Source: Macrostomum lignano (Eukaryota). Taken from it: a DNA stretch of 64,000 nucleotides. Below the pieces are notes generated by a model. The model did not search any database. It saw only the letters and a list, made by a program, of their open reading frames with translations, and was not told the DNA's origin. The translations under genes and the position numbers were made by a program. The stretch is taken from positions 186,001-250,000 of the forward strand of contig NIVC01000262.1 of the NCBI GenBank assembly GCA_002269645.1, read 5' to 3'. Every line of letters starts with the position of its first letter. Within the stretch, counting starts at the first letter, position 1. This document shows positions 24,162 through 37,792 of this stretch, piece by piece.

Positions 24162-25299
24162 ATCACAAATCTCAGCATCACTGCCATAGCAACCAACTTT
24201 AATCCATCAAATTTGTGTTACAATCTCTTGTTGAAGTTTTCTGTTCAGGGAAATTTGTTAAAAGTTGTTCTGACATTTTGTTATAAAGTTTTTTTCTACG
24301 TCACAGCTCACGTAGATATAAGTATTTACATTACTTTTAAAAATCAATTTTAAACACGTACAAACTACAGTAATGTGAATCACTAAGTACACATATGAGA
24401 ACCTTAGAACCGCATCTCGTATGCGTGGAAATCATACAGTTTTGTATGTGTTTGTGTGAAGTACTCGAGGTCTGCAGCTCTATTAAATTCAGTTTTTTGT
24501 TTGGCGTGAAATTTTGCCGCAGAGTCAGTCCGTGCAGAAGTGCAACAAGGATGGCAAATGCATGCGGTCGAGTTATTATGAAGGTCTCATAGGAGTCGCC
24601 TGGGGACGGCCATGGCACGTCTCGAAATTTCGTATCGGACACGTATCTGCAACTATCAAAAGTACTGTCCCTGAGACGAAACTTCTGGACCTCGGGGGGA
24701 CGTCTCCGATACGTATCGATACGAAAAATTGCGTTACGGGATAGTAGCTATGAGCAGTGGTAAGAAAGAAAGGATCGAGGAAGGAGCCCTACTGCAATAG
24801 CTTCGTCACGCCCAGGGCTATGCAAACATGAAAAGTTGATGTTTAGTGTTGTTAGTACTGTAACGTATACATATAGGCGCATATGGTGCCATACAGGAAC
24901 ATACCCGGGGGGGTTAGGAGCTAGAGGATTCTCGAATGAAAGTGCAGAAGCGATCTTAAAAGGTTTCAAAAGAATTGCTTTTTGTATGTACATGTAGAAG
25001 TACAGATAACGGTCTGCAAGCGAGTTGTCATGACTTGCATCCGCACAGCAATCTCCGGACCACCTAGAAGAAATTTTAGGTCCTAAGTTGTTTTTGCAAG
25101 ACTCTTCTGATACCATACGGCTCGGCAACAAGCTACATGTACTTGACAATTCACATAGCTCCGGCATCTGAACAGCGGGATGTATGCAGGCATTAACTCA
25201 TTCTACTTGCGGGGGTTAATTGTACACTGGCGACTACTCTAGATGCCAGCGTAGTGCGTAATTACTCCATCACCTCCAAACCGTACGTCTGCCCCGCGC

Positions 25300-25740
25300 C
25301 ATGCAGCTCCGCCACACTCTGTCCGCACCCTCGCCACCAGCTTTCTCACTAACCAAGTCCGCCATCAACGTCATCTCAGCCGAGATTCCTTCGCCATCCA
25401 ACCTTATCTAGGTCATTCACTCTCTTTGCGTCCAGACCTACCTCAGCAATCGCACCATCAACGGCCCGTCATCAACCAGTCGGCTTCCCCAATCGACTAA
25501 ACCGCGGGAGCGCATGCTAAACAGGGTTTAGAGAACGACTCCCCGCTTTGGTCGGGGCACTGTAGGCTTCAACCTACAAGGCCAAGCTGGACCTCAATAT
25601 CGCCCCTATACCTGTATAGGTGCAACACGGCCGAGACGGTTGAACACCTAGCTCTTCAACTGTCCCGGCGTTCCCAACCAACTTGCTGCTGGGGTGCTGC
25701 TGGCTGCCCCACCTGCCTGTTCTGCGAGCACGTGCGCGCA
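25300..25740 (+). pseudogene. Non-LTR retrotransposon ORF2 3' fragment (C-terminal CCHC region)
   Basis: Across frameshifts: SGHCRL..YKAKL....RCNTAETVEHL.FNCPG, the typical LINE ORF2 C-terminal zinc-finger signature. Confidence 0.6.
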
Positions 25741-27885
25741 GCAAGGGGTCTGCCCTCGAGCTCTGCGTCCTAATCTACATGTACATGTATGGTAGCTACG
25801 AGCTGGAAATTAACATGTATATCAGCGTCTCGACTTTCATTGGAGACATGAATGGAAGTACATACATGTATAGATACACCTTGGCTCCAAAGGACTACAC
25901 TGTATACGATATGCTCGTAATATGCACGTGTGCATGAACGCAAGTACATGTAAATCTACATCGTACTGTATATTGAAGCCAATATCAGGAACAGCTTGAT
26001 TTTAATTGGCGACTCTAGAGCTGTAGCCATGGTCTACATAACCCACGTAACCATGAATATCGCCAAATGATCGCACTCATGTCGCCACTCGATAAGTGGC
26101 GATAGCTCTCCCGGCAATATCTTCTCGATATAGCAGCGATATAAAGTGGCGAAAATTGTCTGTCATATAATTCCTACCGAATAGTTCCTGTAGAAACAAA
26201 GATTGCAACAAAATTTGTTTTGCATCAACCCGTATATCTACGACAAGGATTATTTTTGCGAAATGTCAGACATCGCCTCATTATCGCCATTTTTTAAATT
26301 GGCGATTAGTTTTGTAACGTGCACATGTATTATGGAAAATTTGATTCTTAGTCTGCATAGAAACAGCAGAGTAATACATTAATATATTTTTTGACTGTCC
26401 AAATGACCTGAAAAGCAAATATTTGAAAATCATAGAAATACATTGTTTTAATTATTTCACTCTCTTTGCTAATTCAAAAGTGATTCGCGCGCAAGTTATT
26501 CTGTTTTGTGAGATTCGCTGCTTCCTTTCTGTCTCCAATTTCTATGATTGTCAAAGAGCGTTTGTGTGAAAGTGCAAGTCAATCTGCCATATCCTATAGT
26601 TTTTCACTGCATATTCCAATTGCTATGAACTTTAATTAATGGAACTCCTTTTTCTATCAATGCATTAAAAGCCATTATGCATACAGTCCACAGTAGTGGT
26701 AGGCCTAGTCTGCAGTCAGCAATATAATTAGGCCTACTCTATCGCACTCAGAGTCAAAAACTGTTTGGCAATGAATATTCCATACTTATTGACTATTTGT
26801 ACTTCAAAATAAACAAAATCACATTTTGTTTTGTTCCAGTTTTTACTTTTAATAAATCTCCTAATAGCTATACAAAATTAGACTAGGCCTAGGGCTAGGC
26901 TAACCCTACTGATGTATGATAGGCCTAGCTATTAGGCCTAGTATTAGTATTATGTGGTGGCTACCTTTCCACTTCAAGTATGCCAAGGATTGCTAGGCCT
27001 ATTGATAAGCCTAGCTAATCAAATATGTAGCTAAGCCCATCTTTTCCACTTAAAATATGCCAAGGATAGCAAAATTTTATACATTCAGTCCAAAGGCTAA
27101 GTATCAACTCATGAAATCTATGGTAAAAGCTTAAATAAATTTTTGTCTTAAAAAATTAAATTTATGCTATTATATTAATACTATATTAATATGCATACTA
27201 ATAGGATAAACCGTATTGGAATAAACTCAAAAGGCCTATGGATGCTTACCACCATTTTTTAGGACAAATGCCATGCCACACCAGACACTATATACATTTT
27301 TGACTTTGTTTTCTTTGCATTTGTCTAGGTAAAAAGTAGGAATAAATATGACTCTACTTATGCATTGAAAAGCCTTATTATCTATTTAGTCATAAGGAGC
27401 CCATGTACCATGCCACCAAGTTTTTCTCCAAAGTATGCCACATGCCATAGGCATCTATATTTGTACAATTTGTCTACAATTTGTTTTTTCTCTTTGTTAC
27501 ATTATTATCAGTTATAATATTTATATATTATAAAAAATAAGAATAGTAATTCAATTTAAACAGTTTTCTAACTTGGCTTTAATTTGCAATTGGGTATCTA
27601 ATCAATTTATATATATGGTATATTTTTATTTTTTGACTAAGCTTAGGCCCTATTAAATATTTAAAATGAAATTTCTTTATATGTTTTTATAAATTTATAA
27701 TACTTATTAATAATATAATAATATATAAAGTTGTATAGTTTTTTCATACTTGTATTTAGTTTATGGAACTAAAAAGACAATATATATAATAAGAAAAATT
27801 AAGTGTAATACTACTACATTTTTATATTCATATTTTCTATAAAAAGAATATTAATTGGCTTATCCATTTTTCCAGAACTGCAAAC

Positions 27886-29874
27886 ATGAATCCTGCTAGT
27901 TCCAAACGAGCTGCTCGTCGAGTTGCAAAAAGAAGAGTTGATGCATTGTTGGAAGATATGCATGTGTCTACTAGTGAGTCTGAATCTGATGAGTCTGTGG
28001 AAGAAGTGGCCTTTGAAGCAAATAATCCTGATGCTGATAATGACCAGCAGCTATTTTATGATCTTTTGGAAGATGCAGAAGAATTTGTACCTGAATCTGA
28101 TAATGAATCTCATTCTGAGACTGATACTAAGCTTTCTGAAGAACAACTTGCAGAATGGGCTTTGAAGTTTAATGTGTCATCTACTGCTATAGATAGTCTT
28201 CTTCATTTTCTACATTTTTCAATGCCTTGGCTACCTCTATCGGCTCGAACATTGTTGCAGACTCCAAGGCAAATTGAGACAGTCCAACTTGGTTCTGGAG
28301 AATATGCTTACTTTGGCATTCATAGTCATTTGCCTAAAGTTGAAGAGATGGATTCAAATGTGAAGTTGAAGCTTCCTATCCATATTGATGGTTTGCCATT
28401 GTTTAAAAGTAAAAAAGAAGGGTTTTGGACAATTCTAGGAACTTTTCCTGGAATGAAGCCATTTGTAATTGCTTTGTACTTTGGAGCCGACAAGCCTGAT
28501 GTTGGACCATTTCTCCATGACCTTGTGGCTGAGCTTCAAGACCTAAGTGATTATGTTGTTGTTCAGAAGATAATTGCTGACCGTCCAGCTCGAGCATTTG
28601 TGAAGTGTATCAAGGGACACGATGGATATTCAGCTTGCGATAAATGTACAATTCAAGGCGAGTATCAACAACAAGTGATCTCTGATGAGCTAAATTGTCA
28701 ACCAAGAACTGATGAATCATTTCGTGGAAGAAGTGACCCTGATCATCATGTTGGTGGAGACAGTCCATTTGAGGCACTACCAATTGACATGGTATATTCA
28801 TTTCCATATGATTATATGCACTTGGTTCTGCTTGGTGTTATGCGGCGCCTTTTGTTGTTTTGGATCCGGGGACCTTTGCATACCCGATTTGGTTCCCAGC
28901 TATCAAGCTCTGTATCAAACATCTTGATTAGTCTTCGTGGATTTTTTCCTAGTGAGTTTTCAAGGAAGCCACGCTCTCTCAGTTGTTTGAATTTTTGGAA
29001 GGCTACTGAATATCGTTTATTTCTGTTGTATAGTGGAGTAGTTGCTTTAATTCATGCTCGTGGCTTAAGCAAGAAGATTTTGCATAATTTTATACTCCTT
29101 CATTCTGCTATCTTTATTTTGTGTGACCCACTTTCTAGTTCTGATCTTATTCAATATGCCAACCAGCTTCTGTTTCACTTTATTCGTAGCTGTAAAAAGG
29201 TATATGGCTCCCAAATGCTTGTTTATAGCATTCATTCCTTGTCACATTTGGCACATGAATGTCTACGTTTTGGTTGTCTGGATAATTTCAGTGCATTTCC
29301 TTTTGAGAATTATATGCAGCAGATAAAAAGTTGGGTACGAGGCAGTTGCCGTCCTCTTGTTCAATGTGCAAATCGTATATATGAATCTATTACATTTAGT
29401 AAGAAAAAGTCATCCAATCATGCTGATGTTAATGTTGCTTTTAAGTTTCCCTGTTCTAATATCAATCTACGCATTGGTCAGAAGGCATTTTATTGTTGCT
29501 TTGTTAACAATGTCGGACTTTCTAATTCTGACAATGACTGCCATTTCTATGATCGGAACAACTATTGCTACCGTGTTTGCCATTTTATTTCTTCTGAGGG
29601 GTCATGTGAAGTTGTTTGCCAGCGTTATGAAGGCTATTCTAGTGTATACAACTATCCTGTTGATTCAAAGAAGCTGAACATATTCAGCATATCTTCACTC
29701 TCACCTGACTTGTTGCATTTGCCCCTCACTGAAGTTTTCAGAAAAGCTTGTGTTTTGCCTTATGTGCAAGGCGACGAGAAGAGAATGCGACGTCAATTTA
29801 ATGAGCTTAAAGTTTTCGTGAAGGATTTGGAGGTGCTTGGCTGTCTGGCCAGAAGAAAGCAGGCGAAGTCCTAG
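27886..29874 (+). CDS. EnSpm/CACTA (animal-type) transposase, 662 aa, uninterrupted
   Basis: LPLSARTLL, HIDGLPLFK, IIADRPARAFVKCIKGHDGYSACDKC, FPYDYMHLVLLG, PSEFSRKPRSL..WKATEYR, HSLSHL..EC.RFGCLDNFSAFPFEN motifs. The last ~35 aa may derive from flanking sequence. Element termini not found. Confidence 0.9.
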   Translation: MNPASSKRAARRVAKRRVDALLEDMHVSTSESESDESVEEVAFEANNPDADNDQQLFYDLLEDAEEFVPESDNESHSETDTKLSEEQLAEWALKFNVSSTAIDSLLHFLHFSMPWLPLSARTLLQTPRQIETVQLGSGEYAYFGIHSHLPKVEEMDSNVKLKLPIHIDGLPLFKSKKEGFWTILGTFPGMKPFVIALYFGADKPDVGPFLHDLVAELQDLSDYVVVQKIIADRPARAFVKCIKGHDGYSACDKCTIQGEYQQQVISDELNCQPRTDESFRGRSDPDHHVGGDSPFEALPIDMVYSFPYDYMHLVLLGVMRRLLLFWIRGPLHTRFGSQLSSSVSNILISLRGFFPSEFSRKPRSLSCLNFWKATEYRLFLLYSGVVALIHARGLSKKILHNFILLHSAIFILCDPLSSSDLIQYANQLLFHFIRSCKKVYGSQMLVYSIHSLSHLAHECLRFGCLDNFSAFPFENYMQQIKSWVRGSCRPLVQCANRIYESITFSKKKSSNHADVNVAFKFPCSNINLRIGQKAFYCCFVNNVGLSNSDNDCHFYDRNNYCYRVCHFISSEGSCEVVCQRYEGYSSVYNYPVDSKKLNIFSISSLSPDLLHLPLTEVFRKACVLPYVQGDEKRMRRQFNELKVFVKDLEVLGCLARRKQAKS

Positions 29875-30219
29875 CGACTCTCAAGAAAAAACTCGGAGTT
29901 ACTACTTGAGAAGCTTCTACTAAAAGTAGTTTTTAATGTAAATCGTGGAAAAAAACCTGGACCTTAACGGCATCGGCGGACTAAGCTAAGCTGATATTGA
30001 CACTTATAATATTCCATGATTTACATTAAAAACTACTATGAGTAAGCTTTACGGAAAAATCTTAGAAAACATATCCTGGAAAAAATCCTGGATATTCAGG
30101 AAAGCAAATGGTTGAGAAGTTTCTACTACAAGTAGTTTTTAATGTAAATCGTGGAAAAAAACTAGATCTAGATCTTGTATTAAGCAAGATAAACTTACTA
30201 ATAATAATATACTTCACAC

Positions 30220-30833
30220 TGTAGAGAACAGTAAGTTATAACAAAACGCACTACTTAAAGTAATATTCTAACTAAATCAATTTAAACTCGCAATCTATTT
30301 TTAGAATGAGTCATGATGAGTCTTATCTATTTTTAGAAATTCTATTTTAGAATGAGTCACATACAAACAGAAGTGACTCAGAGCCCTACGTAGGACCGAC
30401 GTTTATTTGATCAAAAAACCGGTTCTCGTGAGTTTTATTTGCTTAATTCCATATCTGGTAATGCTCAAACATGCATGACCGCTTAATCAAACATTTTTGA
30501 CTATGTAAATACCCAATCCCAAACCGGTTTTTCTCCAAAATTTTGCTATAAATATAAGTGAAAATTCAAGTCAAAAATTCAGACTCGGAGCGGTCTCTAA
30601 GAAGACACTGAAGAAATAAGAAGACCAATCTCTGAGGGACCATACCTGTTCAATTGATAAAAGTCAAGGACTCCCGGAGGTACTGAGTCACCTAAGCCAA
30701 ACCAAGAAGCCTACAAGCCACTAAAGGATCCGCTGCAGTAAGTTATTTGAACTAGTAAATACCTAGGCACTTGTTCCCCAGTGTCTAGAAGTGGGAGTTT
30801 CTGAGTGACTGATCACCACTCTTAAACTCTTCA
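30220..30833 (+). repeat. 5' LTR
   Basis: TGTAGAGAAC...CTCTTCA. About 4 differences from the 3' LTR by manual comparison. Four TGA(G/C)TCA sites and a TATAAATA. Confidence 0.96.
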
Positions 30834-30835
30834 AC

Positions 30836-30853
30836 TGGTGATCTCGCCCAGGC
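30836..30853 (+). promoter_or_regulatory. Primer-binding site, tRNA-Val-like
   Basis: TGGTGATCTCGCCCAGGC lies 2 nt after the LTR. Its complement ...CCTGGGCGAGATCACCA resembles the 3' end of eukaryotic tRNA-Val as I recall it. Confidence 0.7.
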
Positions 30854-31217
30854 TCAAGCGCTGCCAGGCTCAGGCGCTGCCAGGCTAGATCGCTGAAAGC
30901 ACTTTGACACAAAGTCCTTTGCGCAAATTTTACTGAACTTTTTACCGAACCGCCATTGTTTGCATAGAGACCCTTTGATTCTTCGCGCACCGTTTTATAC
31001 TTTGTTAAATTTGCGAATATCCTATCTCGATTTCTTTCTTCGGTAAAGGCAATACAGAATTTTTTTTGCCCTCGTGTCCATTCTCCTTTCTTTCCTTAAG
31101 TAAATAAGAGCTTGCACACACACACACCACACTTGTTCGCCACTTCGAAAGTCCAATCTGGAAAACCCTTTAAAAATTGATCCAGATCTGGTCCTCTTGC
31201 CGTTCCCATTCGAAAAC

Positions 31218-32635
31218 ATGGCTCGAAGAAACCCTACAGTGCATCGCGATGTCAAGGAAACTGTTGGAATGTATACCATAGATAAGGATTTTAACACCTT
31301 CATTGAACACTTCGACCTTGTAACTCGCGAATACGGACTACAAAATCCAGAAAAGGCACTTCTTCCTCCACTGCTAGAAGGTACTGCTCGAGAAATTTAT
31401 GGCAAACTAAATGCCGCGGCACAGCAAGACTACCATACTTTAGTTACACAACTGAGAGCACAATTCGCCAGATGTGGAACCAATCGATCTGTGCTTCTAC
31501 ACAAACTTCATAACCGAAAAATGAGTCCGACGGAATCCTTCCTTACTTTAGTCGATGACGTTCGCAAAATTATTAAAGCGTTGCACCAGCCACCACCACC
31601 GAACCCAGGAGCTCAGCCTATCGGACCAGCAGAACTAGCTGCACAAGAAAGACAACGCCTTGCTGACCAAGAACAAAGCCTAATCCTCCATGTCATTAAT
31701 AATGCTCAACCTTCGCTGCGAGACTGGTTGTTAAGAGAAACCATAGAGACAGGAACAATTAATTCGTTGCGGCATGCAATGGGAAGCAAGTACCCCACTC
31801 CTGACTTCTCGTAGTAGTGATACGACACAATTGGCAGAACAATTGAGCAAACTCATGCAGCAGTACCAAACTTCTGCAATCATGCCACAGTGACAGATAC
31901 GCTCCGCCACCCACTTGTTACACCTGTGGAAGAATTGGTCATTACGCCAGAGATTGCCGATCACGTGGCAATCCAAGACAATATAACGACAACAGAAGAA
32001 AAAATTGGACTCGTCCTCAAAATCGCAATTGGAACCCACCACAGAATAGACAAGGAAATGCCTTGGTACCTTATCGACAACAAAGAAATCCTCCCCCTCC
32101 AAGACAGCCGACTCAGGTCCGCAGACAATATGCTCAAGCTATTGAACCGGAATACACTCAAGTCATCGAACCAGAGTTTAAGATAGAGGATCTTATGCCA
32201 GACTTCACAATCAATGTCCTCGAAGAGCTTGAAAAACAAAAGGATAACACACGCAGCGAAAGTAGCTGCATGATGGGTTCCCTATTTGAAGAAGATTCAC
32301 CAATCTCTACCTCTTCTGAAGCACGCCCACTCTTCAGAGAAAATAAAAGACAACAACAAGCTGCCTCTAAGCAACAAAGCACATTATTTAAACTTCCGAC
32401 GATGGATAATTTTTCGGAAACTCACCGAGATGACAATTTCCAGGATCGTAAAGAAATGACAACACGTGAAGAAGACAGAGACCCAGCAACTTCTCAAAAC
32501 ATCTTTGAAGAAAGCGTTGACATGTTGCAGGTCCTAGTCGACGATATAGACCTGTCAGAAACACCTCCAACACAGGAACCAGACTATGAAAATATTGTCT
32601 CCCCTAGTCCAGTCCACGAAAAAATGGAAACATGA
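31218..32635 (+). pseudogene. gag: Gag (capsid-like domain, CCHC zinc knuckle, low-complexity tail), frameshifted
   Basis: LEGTAREIY..L...DY..L..QLRAQF and TESF capsid-type motifs. CYTCGRIGHYARDC knuckle at 31916-31957, in a shifted frame. Confidence 0.88.
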
Positions 32636-32978
32636 CAAGGCCACGAACACACAATCTAACCATTCGACACATGAAAAGTTCGTACAGACGGAGGATGACA
32701 CATATGTTTCAATGAACCTAGACTATGAAAGCGAATATGATGAACCGATAACAATAATGGAACCGGTTAACACTCCAACTGATGAGAATACACATCTTAC
32801 CGATATATCAAAATCAACCAACTTTATGCGTCCGATGTTGCAATCGCAGCCACCCACACCATTACCATGTTCCAACAAATGGCACTTTTCGACTCGCCTT
32901 ACTCCTCCGCCGTATCCTGAAGACAATCATGACAAGATTGAAGACACCCCACCAGTACCCACAAGAAGAAGGAAAAAA

Positions 32979-34248
32979 CATCCGCTACTGCAATGCTTCC
33001 TCACGATCTTGCTGATGACGATTGTTCCCACAGTACTGCCATCTTCTCTTCCCATGATCTGTCCTACTGATGGAGACATCCAGCCAGTCATTTACAAAAT
33101 TCCTACGGAAATCAAATGCAGTTACTTTAAGACAAACTAAACCAAGCCACTACCACTAACTATTGAAATATACAAAGCAAATACAAAGAAGCATCGACAA
33201 ATGGGAATTGTGTGCTTCCGAGAAAAGGATGAAATTGAAAAGGTTTGGCTGGTACAATGGAACCGAATCAGGTATTGGCAAACTTCGATGATGGTATCAC
33301 AAGAAGAATGCCTTCGGTGGAATCAAACTCTGTTTTCCGAAGATGGTCAATTAAAACTTCATGAGACGTCCGCCAGCGGAGCGCAACGATTCCGCACAAA
33401 AAATGTAGCTGATGGAAGATATATCCATTATCATCAATCACGATGGCCTACATACTCAGTCTACAATAGCTACCTCATCCGAAATGTCTTATTCTACCAC
33501 AATCCATTTGACAACATGGAATCCTTACAGCTACCCCTCGACCAGTGTCACTACAGCTCTGGATATTGTGCTACCCCTAACTACAACAAAGAAGAAGCTC
33601 AAAATTTACCCTTAGCACCGATTTATTTCCATGATTATCGATACCAAATTGAATATAGATCGGATTCCCGATATGAGGAGCCTAGCTGAACCCGCAAATA
33701 TTTCATTGCATGGGAAGTTAAAACTGAAATTGACTGCAAGCTGGAAAAATATCACATTGTTCAAGGGAAACTGCTATCTAACACCTTCCTTGCCGACTCA
33801 GGAGATTTGGCTCTTACATTTCCAAAGCAACCAAGCTACACACACTTGAAATGTAAAAACAAGGACGAGCAACTAATCCTCTCCGACCAAGAAATACCAA
33901 TCGCGCTTAAGGATATGGATAAGAATGTTTTCCTGAAGGTAGTAAATGGAACCTATCAGAGAGAAGATGTCATAGAACGACATAAGCGAGACCTACCTAA
34001 GCCTTCTCTAGTATCAGCACGACTTCTGGCAGCAAAACTAGCCGCCATGGAACATAAGCTACACAAGCAACTGAACTATCTGCATCGATCCATGGTCAAA
34101 CTAACGTACCGAATGCACGAAACCAGCCTAAATTACGCAAGACAGAACTATTATGCCAATCCCACGACGACCTTTAGGAAAATCACAGGTATTGAAGATG
34201 TCTTGGCAATTCCAGTTTACGGATATTTGCTAATCTATAAATGTACAC
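32979..34248 (+). pseudogene. env: Envelope glycoprotein, N-terminal part (class III fusogen, gB/chuvirus-G-like)
   Basis: Hydrophobic signal-like stretch at 32979-33044; Cys-rich ectodomain (EECLRW, DQCHYSSGYC, W....DCKL, SDQ); furin-like RHKR at 33978-33989; ANPTTTFRKITGIEDVLA..YGYLLIYKC. One frame, with in-frame stops at 33138 and 33687. Confidence 0.8.
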
Positions 34249-37200
34249 TAAGGGTGATCGAAAATATTTTTTTTCGATTTCTGACTTCTTTGTCTGATAG
34301 AGAGTTGTGAAATTATATGCATAAACACTAGCTATCATTATTTTTTCAAAATATTTTCATTTACCCCCTCCACACTCATCCCAAAGATGGCACCCCCAAA
34401 AATGACACCCAAAAATCGAAAATCAAGAATATCTCGAAAACGGTTAGTCTTACGACCTAAAAATGTATTACTAACAGATAGAAATAGGGCTATTTCCTAT
34501 CGATTGACGCCTATTACAGGTTCATATGTCATTCTGATCCCCTTCTACAGAAATATTGTCAATTTTCCTATCTTTAACATATGACTAACACAGAAAAAAA
34601 TGTTCTGGCCCAGTTTGGGATAAAAAATCGCTACTTTTGTCGGTGTTTCATCTTAATATGCCATAGCATATTGATTTTGTCGCATTTTACTTTAAATAAC
34701 ATCATAAATCGACTACGTGGCAAAGTGCACAATGTGCATCTGGCCATAGAATAAACTCGTTATACAGGTTAAGACTGTCTGATAGCTGATTCACTAAAAA
34801 TATTATTGAAGTCTTTGCCACTGCTTGCCATTGACGATAAAGCTCTTTGATTGCTAAATGCGCAATGCTTAGGTCTCAAGCCGAATATCCATTTTATGGA
34901 AGATCTCAGCAGCTCGATGAAGCTAACTGCAGTCAGTTGCCCACTGGCCTGGATGTTATGAGGCACTTGATGTTTTTGCGAGAGCAGGTAAGTTTATTGT
35001 TTTATTCTGTTGCATTTTTCTTGCTCTTTCATCAATGCGAGCAAATTGAATTTGAAATTATTCTTTTCAATCCACTTTCAGAAATCCAGAGGCTGCAGCA
35101 ACACAAATGAGGAATGCAGAGAAAGTGCTGTTGTAGTGCTTAGTATCTGGCGCAAGGCCAGCATTCCTACTGTTGCCTCTGTTCTGTCATTGGGGGCCAG
35201 AATACGGAATTTTTACGACAAGGGCCAAGACCTAAAAAAGATCCCAAGCTCTCGAGTCAATAATCGCTCTGTGCAGAAACGACTCAAGGATTATGAGCGA
35301 ACTCTCTGCAGAATCTTTGACATTGCTGCATGCCAGTGCTCAGATTTGAGGAAGTGCACATGCGAGAAGGGGAAGAAAATCCCAGTCCACGAATGGCAGT
35401 TCATGCGCGATCAGCGAAAGCAAAGGCAAATGCACATCGGAGCAGTGGATGCAGCAGAAACGCAGCAGCTGCAAAAGCGTCAAATGTCGCATAGCAACAT
35501 CCCAAAGCCGGCAGAAGATCACGAGCAATACGCTGTGCAGTTTGTAGATTCAGAATCCGATTGTGATGATGATATGGACTGTGATTTTCAGGCTTGCAGC
35601 GGCAGTGCTCAGAGCTCGTCAACTCAGGGGGCTCTGCCTACATTGCCCACAGTCGCCAAAATTGCTGACCGGTTCGCTCTGAGTGACGCATCAGTAGCTG
35701 CCGTTTGCTCTGCAGTGACCCAGGATTTGCAGATTCCTGACTGCGTCATTGACAGAAGCAAGATTCGTAGAGAGAGAAGTAAGCTGCGTAGTGATGCTAA
35801 TTTCCAAGCGTATTCGCGATCTCCGAAATCACTCTACTTTGATGGCAGGAAAGATAGAACCTGCGTTCATGGTGCAGCTGCAATCACAGAGGAGCATGTT
35901 GTGATGGTGGAGGAGCCAGGCTCCCAATTTATTGGTCACGTGACACCAGCTTCACCATCAGCTCGAGATACTTGTGATAGCATGCTTGAGTACTTTAATA
36001 GCAAGAGCATTCCATTAGATGAACTAGTTGTAGGTGAGTAACACTTGAAAATTGCAATCTGATATGCTAGAAATTATGCTCGTTTTACATTATTGCATAC
36101 CTTGTATCAAATTTCCTGCATCAAGCAGCATTTATATGCACTTTTGTATTGCAGTTGGATGTGACAGTACTCGCGTTAATACTGGCTGCCGTGGTGGTAT
36201 CATCCGTCTTCTTGAAGTGGCAATTGGTCGAACCATGCAGGTGGCTGTGTGCATGCTTCACCTCAATGAACTGCCTCTGAGACACTTACTTCAGTTCTAT
36301 GGTTGCTGCACCACTGGCGCACAGACTCTGAGTAGTGAGATCGGTCAGCAATTGGGAAACTGTCAGCTGAAATCTCCTGCTGATTTCCCAGCGATTAGTA
36401 ACCCAAATTTTCCCATCGTACCTCAAGATGTGGTGCAGGATTTGTCCACTGACCAGCAGTATTTGCTGTCGATGTGCAAGAGCGTGATTTCCGGAAGCAT
36501 CAGCGCAGAACTCGCTGCTCGCACTCCTGGCCCATTGAATCACAGCAGATGGCTCACGACTGCAAACCGGTTGCTAAGGCTGTATGTCAGTAAGAGCAAA
36601 CCTGATGAATGCTTGCTCAGATTGTGCAGTTTCGTCATTCGCGTTTACGCTCCATGCTGGTTTAGCATCAAATCACACGCTGCTATTCACGAAGGATCGA
36701 ATCATTTTTTGAAAATGATGAATCTGTGCAGATTGAACCTGACCGCAGCTGAGTGGAGCGCAGTATTTCCTGTGTTGCAAAATGGAGCCTATTTTGCCCA
36801 CTGTGAAAATGTGCTGATTGCAATGCTGGCCAGTGAGCAGGTCGCTGCTAGAAAAGAAGCGTTTCATGTCATCGAAGACATCCGGCAGCGGAGCAAGCAT
36901 TCGCCCGCATCTCAGCGCAGTTTCAAAGTTCCTCAGTTGAAAGGAAACGAGGAAACTTTGCCTGATTTGCTGAAAGCGAACCAAGACTTAACTGAGCCAC
37001 CACTCACTCGCAACCATTCACTTGCTCAGATCAGGCAGCTGGCTCGACAATCGCCCATACACTGGGATTATCCTTGCCACTCACAAGGAACTGAGCGCAT
37101 GATTCGTGCAGTTACTGAAGCCTCGCTGCGAGTGTGTGGTGCAGATTTGCGTGAAGCATTTGTTCGAGTGAGGCAGCAGAGTAGACAGGAAATGCCGCGC

Positions 37201-37792
37201 TTTCACAGCAAGAAGGACTTTTTTCAGTCCTAGATTAATCGCATTATCGTGAAGACGTACACTTGCAGGTTTAGTATCTATGTCATACTAATATGATTAA
37301 GTATACTGTACTGTTGCTTTTATTTCTGCTATTTTAATATAATTTGTTCCGTGCATTGCTTTCGAAAAAATTTTAGAATATTATAATAATAAAGCAGCGT
37401 TAAAGTAGCGATTTTTTATCCCAAACTGGGCCAGAACATTTTTTTCTGTGTTAGTCATATGTTAAAGATAGGAAAATTGACAATATTTCTGTAGAAGGGG
37501 ATCAGAATGACATATGAACCTGTAATAGGCGTCAATCGATAGGAAATAGCCATATTTCTATCTGTTAGTAATACATTTTTAGGTCGTAAGACTAACCGTT
37601 TTCGAGATATTCTTGATTTTCGATTTTTGGGTGTCATTTTTGGGGGTGCCATCTTTGGGATGAGTGTGGAGGGGGTAAATGAAAATATTTTGAAAAAAAT
37701 AATGATAGCTAGTGTTTATGCATATAATTTCACAACTCTCTATCAGACAAAGAAGTCAGAAATCGAAAAAAAAATATTTTCGATCACCCTTA
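34249..37792 (+). mobile_element. hAT-like (possibly hATm-type) DNA transposon, 3544 bp, inserted in env
   Basis: ~390-bp near-perfect TIRs starting TAAGGGTGATCG (34249-34637 and 37402-37792). 9-bp TSD AATGTACAC at 34240-34248 and 37793-37801. Confidence 0.92.
34865..37233 (+). CDS. Transposase, 3 exons, 717 aa, intact
   Basis: Exons 34865-34987, 35082-36033 and 36155-37233, with GT-AG introns in compatible phases. Motifs YFDGRKD, GCDSTRVNTG, CMLHLNELPLRH, HSRWLTTANR, CHSQGTER (DDE with CxxH and RW). Confidence 0.88.

Noticed and set aside
26042-26322. Termini of the CACTA element or a CACTA-derived MITE
   Set aside because: Only a weak inverted match (CCACGTAACC..ATCGCC versus GGCGAT..GTAACGTG), with no TSD and no partner end downstream of the transposase.
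32615-32630. Programmed ribosomal frameshift between gag and env-pol at GAAAAAAT
   Set aside because: The shift needed is +1, there is no in-frame X-XXY-YYZ slippery heptamer, and gag has other frameshifts; a homopolymer indel is as likely. It needs intact copies to decide.
34387-37652. Twin 65-aa ORFs (MAPPKMTPKNRK...) on opposite strands as genes
   Set aside because: They are mirror images produced by the 390-bp TIRs.
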